Below are positions 24,801 to 30,355 of a stretch of DNA of 30,355 bases, piece after piece (the first letter of the stretch is position 1; each line of letters begins with the position of its first letter). The DNA comes from a virus. Lineage: Duplodnaviria; Caudoviricetes. The stretch is from IMG/VR virus record IMGVR_UViG_3300008255_000347, positions 1-30,355 of that record; one strand, given 5' to 3'. The notes under the pieces are model-generated. The model was given only the letters and a program-made list of their open reading frames with translations. It was not told the DNA's origin and searched no databases. The position numbers and the translations under genes were made by a program.

Positions 24801-25030
24801 GCGGCGCGCTCGCGGGCGAACCGCGCATCGTCGTCAACAATTTCCCCGCTTCGGGCACGAAGATCGAGACCACCACGCGGCGCGGATCGAACGGCGAACT
24901 GGTGATCGAGAATATCGGCCGCCAGTTGAAGGACGACATCGCGAGCGAAATCGCGGCGGGCGAAGGGCCGATCACGGGCGCGATCGAGGGCCGCTTCGGC
25001 CTCAACCGCGCGTTTGGATTGCAGAGGTGA
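21797..25030 (+). CDS. tail tape measure protein
   Basis: 1077 aa, Ala-rich helical; NLGQQVQDVGVQLALGMNPLIIAAQQGPQI motif; FHSGGLVG...PRLHKGG C-terminus; AAGGAG RBS before TTG. Confidence 0.95.
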   Translation: MALMLGMQITGDFSGLNREVKETRGEFAGLSAEAGKLEREALDAAKGLSAIEREAAGAAVSLDAVQRKLAAVQPGDRVKLTAAEFRTLTEDAQRSGRSFEEVLGGNRAALDAMRAAHDPLFAAQREYLDQLASIRAAHAAGALPQKEMEAALARTKAGFAAQVPIIRSAQAAALDHSKAIALQRHQLVNLGQQVQDVGVQLALGMNPLIIAAQQGPQIVSATGGLKNFTALARQFITPTVLATAGLTAVLATGAAAWGSYLGSVKPVETALAGVGRRIGQTRGEMEALARASADQGGISVSEARELEVAFLRTGRIGTDVMGALIARTKDYAATTGMDLPAAAEELAKAFAEPKEGAENLNKTLQVLSDTEAQEIRRMIERGDVVGAQLAMIEALDRGTVDHEESATALGRAWNSVANAISNTWNALGSGIDASFSGSEDATRERLARLLADRDRLLQSGAKGGAGTLLALRDRQIEQIEREIADAARIGAASEIAAASVRAGALGRRHSPDAGKLETLRLDRQQASSALEDPAIRDSVDSLSSLERAYDATGRALDTYLTPAQRVSEQHRIDLAALNAKTPAQKAEIAAQRERLQLAGETIPAAEAQARIEAAAARALAEATHAITEQNQQLSLNTQLTLRSAEGWLQSAAAGARAEAMQRGLTDAFNEGADAATRARLALQEQVAQTALSGAQTIAGLNAETVTRARLNSAVLSGTMTLQEANRQASLAAELRPLLIARDNAEGTSKEVLTRIIEELTAARARLNDEEGRAAAASIVAGQEGRLTMLRREAELVFAGTTARERELAILSATLDARRASVAAGSDEERQIRENATAISDLVSQLEREGQTRDIVMRTTENALDRVADQLAQGKLDWSSWGGLVTSVLQDVIAQLARMAITAPIMNSLFGTRATTLDDAGGFIGGLFGSFHSGGLVGKGSNDNRALPLSTFRGAPRLHKGGLVSGERAIIALDTEEVLTLDDPRHINNLRRASGGGRGFAGGGALAGEPRIVVNNFPASGTKIETTTRRGSNGELVIENIGRQLKDDIASEIAAGEGPITGAIEGRFGLNRAFGLQR

Positions 25031-25034
25031 GCCG

Positions 25035-25517
25035 ATGGCGATCGTGAGCATGCCCGCCGCCCTGAATTCGCGTCCGCTGCGCGACGGCTACCAGTACGAG
25101 CCGCATGCGCCGCTCAACCGCACCGACATGGAACAAGGGCCGGCGCGGCAGCGGCGCGTCTTCGACAATTCGCCCGCCGTGTTGTCTCCCATCTGGCCCT
25201 TCAGCGCCGACGAATACGAGATCTTCCGCGCCTGGTATCACATCGACCTCCACGACGGTCAGGACTGGTTCTGGGCGGCTGCCTATATCGGCGGCCGCGA
25301 GCAGCTCGGCCTGTGCCGCTTCACCGAGGCCTTCAAGCCCGTGCTCGTCAAGATCGAGTGGCATGTCTCGGCGAAAGTCGAAGTGCGGAACGTCGAATAC
25401 ATGGACGACGATGCGCGCTGGTTCGCGGGCGAGTACGGCCCCGCAACGGCGCTCGCTATCTCCGCTTCCCTTCACCGCATCCTTCACGAGGAGGCTCCGG
25501 CCCTGCTGCCGGCGTAG
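25035..25517 (+). CDS. distal tail (Dit / gpM-like) protein
   Basis: Directly after TMP; RTDMEQGPARQRR...FRAWY...DGQDWF...WHVSAKVE. Confidence 0.75.
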   Translation: MAIVSMPAALNSRPLRDGYQYEPHAPLNRTDMEQGPARQRRVFDNSPAVLSPIWPFSADEYEIFRAWYHIDLHDGQDWFWAAAYIGGREQLGLCRFTEAFKPVLVKIEWHVSAKVEVRNVEYMDDDARWFAGEYGPATALAISASLHRILHEEAPALLPA

Positions 25518-25522
25518 ACAAG

Positions 25523-26161
25523 ATGGCGACTGAACTCGAAACCAAGATCGCGCAATTCGAAACGGACCTCGGGCTCGCGCACGACATCGTGCATGGCGGT
25601 ATCGCGGTCGAGGTGGTGACCGAGGGCGGCACCGTCAAATCGCTCGCCAAGCTGGTGAAGGATGCCGAGGACAATGTCGTCGCGCCGGCGACGGCCGGGG
25701 CGCTCGCCGCCCAGGCCGCAGCGGAGGCGGCGCGCGACATATCCGTTGGCGCGGCCGGCACCGCCAGTGCCGATGCCGTGACTGCGGTCGCGGCGAAAGA
25801 CGATGCCGAGACAGCGCGCGGCCAGGCGCAGGCGCTCGTCAACCCCGCGCTGCAAGCCGTCGCCGCCGCGAATATCGATCTGGCGAGCGGCGCGGCCGTC
25901 TTCGCCAAGACCTTCGAGGCCGGGGCGATCGCGATCACCATTTCCAACTGGCCGGTGGCCGGTACGGTCGGGAGCTTCCTCTTCAAGATGGTGAATGCCG
26001 GCCTCGCCGGTATCACCTGGCCGGCGGGTCTTGCCTGGGCGGGCGGTGTCGAGCCCGTCTGGTCGAGCGATGCGACGGACATCGTCGCCCTCATGTCGGA
26101 CGATGGCGGCGCGACGATCTATGCCGGCCTCGTTTTCTTCGGCCTCAATCCGGGAGCGTAG
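25523..26161 (+). CDS. tail-associated/fibre-like structural protein
   Basis: HDIVHG...VVTEGGTVKSLAK N-terminal anchor, Ala-rich stalk, beta-rich C-domain (ITWP...WAGG..P...TDI...DDGG.TIY). Confidence 0.65.
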   Translation: MATELETKIAQFETDLGLAHDIVHGGIAVEVVTEGGTVKSLAKLVKDAEDNVVAPATAGALAAQAAAEAARDISVGAAGTASADAVTAVAAKDDAETARGQAQALVNPALQAVAAANIDLASGAAVFAKTFEAGAIAITISNWPVAGTVGSFLFKMVNAGLAGITWPAGLAWAGGVEPVWSSDATDIVALMSDDGGATIYAGLVFFGLNPGA

Positions 26162-26163
26162 CC

Positions 26164-26715
26164 ATGGACGATCCCTGGTCGGATGTCATCCGCGAAGCCT
26201 ATGCCAGCGCGCCGAAGGATATCGTCGTGCTCTACACGCTCGAATTCTGGCACCCGAGTTTCGACGTTCCCGCCCGCGTCGTGCGCGATCATGGCGTGTT
26301 GCTCGCCGAAGAGCCGGAAGTGATCTTCGGCCGCGAACTCACGCTGGAGGCCACGGCGCCGCGCAACGCGGGTGAGACGGTCCAGTTCATCGAAGCGGCC
26401 TTCAGCGCCTCTCAGCCCGGTCAGGCGGCCGATGTCATGCCGACGCTGGCGCTTTCGGTCGACAGCGTGCCGGGCGACCTCGGTGCCGCGCTCAAGGCCT
26501 CCACCGTGACGCCGGGCGAGATCGAGGTGGTCTACCGCGAGTATTTCTCGGATGCGCCGGGCGGCCCGCAATACGTGCTCTCCGATCTCACGCTTCAGCG
26601 CACCAGCGTGACCATGCTCAGGGTGGAAGGCAAGGCGGGCTTCTTCGATCCGACCTCCAAGAGCTGCCCTTCAACGGAGTACAACGCCGATGATTATCCC
26701 TCCCTCGCCACATGA
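26164..26715 (+). CDS. DUF1833 family tail tip protein
   Basis: IREAYASAP...YTLEFWHPSF...RVVRD...VVYREYFSD...PQ...YPSL. Confidence 0.85.
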   Translation: MDDPWSDVIREAYASAPKDIVVLYTLEFWHPSFDVPARVVRDHGVLLAEEPEVIFGRELTLEATAPRNAGETVQFIEAAFSASQPGQAADVMPTLALSVDSVPGDLGAALKASTVTPGEIEVVYREYFSDAPGGPQYVLSDLTLQRTSVTMLRVEGKAGFFDPTSKSCPSTEYNADDYPSLAT

Positions 26716-26719
26716 GGTC

Positions 26720-27229
26720 ATGGCCGCCGTCGGTCCCGCGACGGTCGCCGGCGGCGTCGTGCCGCCGCACGGAATGCCGCCGCGCGGCTGCGGCGCGGGA
26801 GATCTCATCCGCGCGCTCTTTCACGCCGGCATCGTCCATGAGCTGGGTGCGAAGGGGCCGCGCAAGTTCGACTGCTATTCGACGATGCAGCTCGTCCAGT
26901 TCTGGCTCTTCGGCCGGGAGACGATCGGCGCGCGGATCGAGCGCGATGCCGGCCGCAAGGCGGTGCTCGACGCGATCTCGACGCATGAGGCGCGCCGGCT
27001 CTGGAAGCCGGTAAAGGGCAAGCCGGCCCACGGCGACATCGTCTCCATGACGCATGTGCGCGAACCCTTCCATGTCGGCACTTATCTGGAGGTGGACCGG
27101 GGCGTGATCCTGCACTGCGCGAGCGTCACCGGCCTTGCGGTCGACGACACGGCAGCGCTCATCGCGGGCGGCTGGAACAATCTGCGCTACTACCGCTGGG
27201 CGGGCGGCGAGACCGGAGCCGCGTCATGA
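26720..27229 (+). CDS. NlpC/P60 tail tip peptidase (gpK-like)
   Basis: GAKGPRKFDCY, GDIVSM, HVGTY, ILHC catalytic Cys/His/His; start uncertain (26690/26720/26774). Confidence 0.85.
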   Translation: MAAVGPATVAGGVVPPHGMPPRGCGAGDLIRALFHAGIVHELGAKGPRKFDCYSTMQLVQFWLFGRETIGARIERDAGRKAVLDAISTHEARRLWKPVKGKPAHGDIVSMTHVREPFHVGTYLEVDRGVILHCASVTGLAVDDTAALIAGGWNNLRYYRWAGGETGAAS

Positions 27230-30200
27230 TCGGGCTGCATCTCCATGCGCCGCTCATCCACGCCGAGCCCTTGCCGTTCGAGATCGCACCCGGCGAGACG
27301 GTGTTTGAAATTGCCCGCCGCCAGAACTACCTGCTGCCGCACTTCGCGATCCTGAACGACGAGCCGCTCGGAAGGGAATGCTGGTCGCATGAGATCGAGG
27401 AAGGCGACCGGCTTGCCTTCGTGACGCTGCCCGGCGGCGGCAGCGGCGGCAAGGATATCCTCCGCTCGGTGCTGCAGATCGCCATCGTCGCTGTGGCGAT
27501 CTATTTCGCGGGACCGGCGGGGCTCGGGCTTCAGGGCGGCACGCTCTTCGCGGCGCGGGCGGCGGCGCTCGCCGGCAGCGGCTATCTCGTGAACGCCCTG
27601 ATGCCGCCCCAGGTGCCTTCTGGCCCGGCGGGACCGGCCTATCTCGGCAACGAAGCCTCGCCTACCTATTCGCTGACGCCGCAGGGCAACCAGGCGCGGC
27701 TCGGCCAGCCGGAGCCGCTGGTCTACGGCTATATGCGGGTGGTGCCCGACTTCGCGGCCCAGCCCTATGTCGAGTTCCGCGGCAACGATCTCTATCTCTA
27801 CCAGCTCTTTTCGCTCGGCCTCGGCCAGTTCGACATCCACGAGATCGGCATCGAGAAGACGCCGCTCTGGACCGAGGCGGGAGGCTTCACCGGCCGCTTC
27901 GACGATGTGGAAATCGAGATCGTCGCGCCCGGCGCGCCCGTGACCCTCATTGCCGGCAATGTCATCACCTCGCTAGAAGTGTCGGGGCAGACGCTGCTCG
28001 GTACCAACGAAGGAGGCGCGGACTGGATCGGCCCCTTCGCGGCCTGCCCGCCCGGCCGGACGGTGACGCAGATCGCCAATGACTATATCTGGCCGCAGGG
28101 CTCGTTTCATATCGGCGATACGGGCAAGCTCGAAGCCGTGCCGACGGCGGTCCGCGCCGAAGCGCGCAAGATCGACGATTTCGGCGCGCCGCTCGGCGAC
28201 TGGTTCCTGCTGACCGGAAAGGACTACAGTTTCGGCGCGCGCGAACAGCAGCGCGTGACGGAGTTCGCCGACGTGCCCGCCGCGCGATACGAAGTGCGGT
28301 CGAAACGGACAAACGGAGCGGCGACCGACGACCGCACGAATGACGAGGTGCAATGGGCGGGCCTCAAGGGCTATGTGCCGAGCGACAATACCTACGATCG
28401 CGTGACCGTGCTCGCGGTGGTGATGCGGGCGACGAACCAGCTCTCCAATGTCACCTCTCGGCGCTTCTACACGAAGCAGACGAGGAAGCTCCCGGTCTAT
28501 GACGCGGCGGCCGGCACATGGAGCGCGCCGCAGGCCACGCGCACGATCAGCGCGGCGGCCGCCGATGTGCTGCGCAATGCAACCTATGCCTGGGGCCTTG
28601 CCGACGCGCGGATCGATCTCGACGGGCTCGCCCGGCTCGAAGAGACCTGGACGGCGCGCGGCGAACGCTTCGACGGCGTGTTCGACGGCAAGGCCGATTG
28701 CTGGCGCGTGCTCTCCGACATTCTGCATGTCGGACGGGCTTATCCGGTTCGTGTCGGCAGCTCCGTTTCCTTTGTGCGCGACGAGCCGCGCGAAGCGGCA
28801 CGCCTCATGCTCACGCCCCGCAACATCGCGCGGGGCAGCTTCTCCGTCGAATATGCGCATTTCACGCCCGACACGCCCGACTACGTGATCGTGCGCTATT
28901 TCGACGAGCGGGTCTGGGAGTGGCGCGAGGTCCATTGCAGGCTGCCGGGCTCGACGGCGGACAATCCGGCCCGTGTGACCGTGAAGGGCATCAACGACCG
29001 CGAGAACGCGTGGCGCTATGGCATGTTCCGCGCCAAGGTGAACCGCTACCGCCGGATGTTTCCGAAGGCCACCGTCGAGCTCGAAGGACGCTTCGTCAAA
29101 CGCGGCGACCTCGTTCCCGTCTCACATCCGCTGGTCACGCTCGGCCGCTCGGCCGACATCGCGGGTTTCAACGCCGCCACCCGCACGCTCACTCTCACCG
29201 AGCTGACGAAGCTCGCGGATGGCGAGACCTATTATCTGGTGCTGAAGCGCCGGGACGGCGGCGCCTGGGGTCCCGTGCTCGTGACGGCCGGGGCGAGCGG
29301 CTACGAGCTGGTCGCCGACGAGGCCGATCTGGCGGCCGCAATCGCGGCGGGCGGCGATTGGGCGGACTTCATCGTGACGATCGAAGGCGACATGGAGCCG
29401 ACGGCCGCCGTGTGGGGCAAGGCCGGCGAATATGCGCAGGATTGCCTGCTCATCGGCGCGCGCGCCGCAGGCGGCGAGCGCATGGTGCTCGAACTGCAGG
29501 CCGACGATCCGCGCGTTCACGACGAAAGCGGCGACGGCGAACCGCCCAAGGAAGACGAAATCGACACGCTGCCGCCGGCGGCGACCGCGCCGGATGTAAC
29601 AGGTCTCAAGGTGACTGTTGGCGGCACGCGATTTGCGCCCGAACTCGTGACTTCCATCGACCGGTCGCCGGGCGCCGAAGGCTATATCCTCCAGATTACC
29701 TACGACCACCTCACCTGGCGCACGCTGCAGGTGGGCGACGCCACCGCCTGGTCGGGTCCGGTCGAGCCGACCACCGTCTGGCTGCGCTGGACGGCGATCG
29801 GCGTGCTGCGCGGCGAGCCGGCCGAATGGTTCATGGACCTCACCGCGACGGCGGCCGTGCCGGCGGCCGTCACGGTGACGGGCGTGCAGGTGTTCTTCAA
29901 GTCCGCCTGGATCAATCTCGGATACCCCGATGAAGACGGGATTGAAGGGGTCATTGCAAAGCTGTCCGCCGTGGACGGGTTCAACCCGGAACTGACGGGC
30001 GATATCGCCTATGACGGCACGCCGATCTCGCGCGTGTCCCTCGACATATCCGCCGCCGCGACCGTCTATGTGCGGGTCGCGGCCTATAACCGCTTCGGCA
30101 AGGTCAACCTCACCTGGGCGCCGCAGGTGGCGATCACGGCGGCGAAGGTCGAGGGGGCGAACCTTTCGGCGGCTCTCACCGCCGAGATCGACAAGATCGC

Positions 30201-30355
30201 GGTGAACGAGACGGCGATCGCCAACGAGCAGACGGTGCGTGTGGCCGCCGACGATGCGCTGGCCTCCGAGATCGACACGCTTTCGGCGGTGGTGGGCGGC
30301 AACGCGGCCGCGATCGTGGCGGAGGCGACGGCGCGGGCGGACGGAGACAGCGCCA
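27226..30355 (+). CDS. host specificity / central tail fibre protein (TipJ) with fused gpI-like N-terminus; 3'-truncated by the window
   Basis: Absent from the ORF track because it has no stop in the window; translated MIGLHLHAP...LPGGGSGGKDILRSVLQIA...SPTYSL..QGNQARLGQPEPLVYG...; same frame reads EATARADGDSA coiled coil at the edge. Confidence 0.9.
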   Translation, partial: MIGLHLHAPLIHAEPLPFEIAPGETVFEIARRQNYLLPHFAILNDEPLGRECWSHEIEEGDRLAFVTLPGGGSGGKDILRSVLQIAIVAVAIYFAGPAGLGLQGGTLFAARAAALAGSGYLVNALMPPQVPSGPAGPAYLGNEASPTYSLTPQGNQARLGQPEPLVYGYMRVVPDFAAQPYVEFRGNDLYLYQLFSLGLGQFDIHEIGIEKTPLWTEAGGFTGRFDDVEIEIVAPGAPVTLIAGNVITSLEVSGQTLLGTNEGGADWIGPFAACPPGRTVTQIANDYIWPQGSFHIGDTGKLEAVPTAVRAEARKIDDFGAPLGDWFLLTGKDYSFGAREQQRVTEFADVPAARYEVRSKRTNGAATDDRTNDEVQWAGLKGYVPSDNTYDRVTVLAVVMRATNQLSNVTSRRFYTKQTRKLPVYDAAAGTWSAPQATRTISAAAADVLRNATYAWGLADARIDLDGLARLEETWTARGERFDGVFDGKADCWRVLSDILHVGRAYPVRVGSSVSFVRDEPREAARLMLTPRNIARGSFSVEYAHFTPDTPDYVIVRYFDERVWEWREVHCRLPGSTADNPARVTVKGINDRENAWRYGMFRAKVNRYRRMFPKATVELEGRFVKRGDLVPVSHPLVTLGRSADIAGFNAATRTLTLTELTKLADGETYYLVLKRRDGGAWGPVLVTAGASGYELVADEADLAAAIAAGGDWADFIVTIEGDMEPTAAVWGKAGEYAQDCLLIGARAAGGERMVLELQADDPRVHDESGDGEPPKEDEIDTLPPAATAPDVTGLKVTVGGTRFAPELVTSIDRSPGAEGYILQITYDHLTWRTLQVGDATAWSGPVEPTTVWLRWTAIGVLRGEPAEWFMDLTATAAVPAAVTVTGVQVFFKSAWINLGYPDEDGIEGVIAKLSAVDGFNPELTGDIAYDGTPISRVSLDISAAATVYVRVAAYNRFGKVNLTWAPQVAITAAKVEGANLSAALTAEIDKIAVNETAIANEQTVRVAADDALASEIDTLSAVVGGNAAAIVAEATARADGDSA

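Larger units (their letters stand above)
1..30355 (+). mobile_element. Mu-like transposable prophage, internal segment (siphovirus-type tail); both ends outside the window
   Basis: Mu-type gene set and order: DUF3164, GemA, Mor/C, gp26/gp27/gp28/gp29/gp30(F)/gp32(I)/capsid/gp36/G/gp37; tail tube present but no sheath gene. Confidence 0.96.

Noticed and set aside
28518-29933. 471-aa + strand ORF in the track
   Set aside because: Arg-rich alternative frame inside the real TipJ gene that starts at 27226
1-30355. Transposase, repressor, Mu ends, invertase/mom or DGR modules
   Set aside because: None seen; the window starts after the A/B genes and ends inside TipJ

Overview
The whole window is an internal ~30 kb segment of a Mu-like (transposable) prophage. 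It is GC-rich and most likely from an alphaproteobacterial host, judging by GapR/DUF2312, an alpha-type LexA DNA-binding domain and a BTLCP protease. All credible protein genes are on the + strand and are mostly translationally coupled (ATGA/TGATG overlaps). Gene order: end of the early/semi-essential operon (HTH regulator, DUF3164, GapR-like, BTLCP protease, LexA-DBD-only protein, Zn-finger, MazG-like, GemA, Mor/C activator), then lysis (GH108 endolysin, holin), packaging (gp25-27, terminase, portal), MuF with a C-terminal PBECR2-like nuclease, protease/scaffold, cement, major capsid, head completion, and a non-contractile tail (tube, frameshifted chaperone, tape measure, Dit-like, DUF1833, NlpC/P60, TipJ running off the right edge). 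The repressor, transposase A/B and the prophage ends are outside the window. The most interesting signals are mostly non-coding: (1) a near-consensus antisense sigma70 promoter that would drive a ~100-nt structured RNA directly behind the MuF nuclease, where an immunity gene is expected; (2) an insert after the capsid genes in which a small Acb2/Tad1-like hairpin protein is flanked by two folded elements that each end in an acceptor-like stem plus NCCA; (3) two copies of a 25-bp palindrome in front of the lysis and head operons. All family assignments are from motif recognition and synteny, without database searches.
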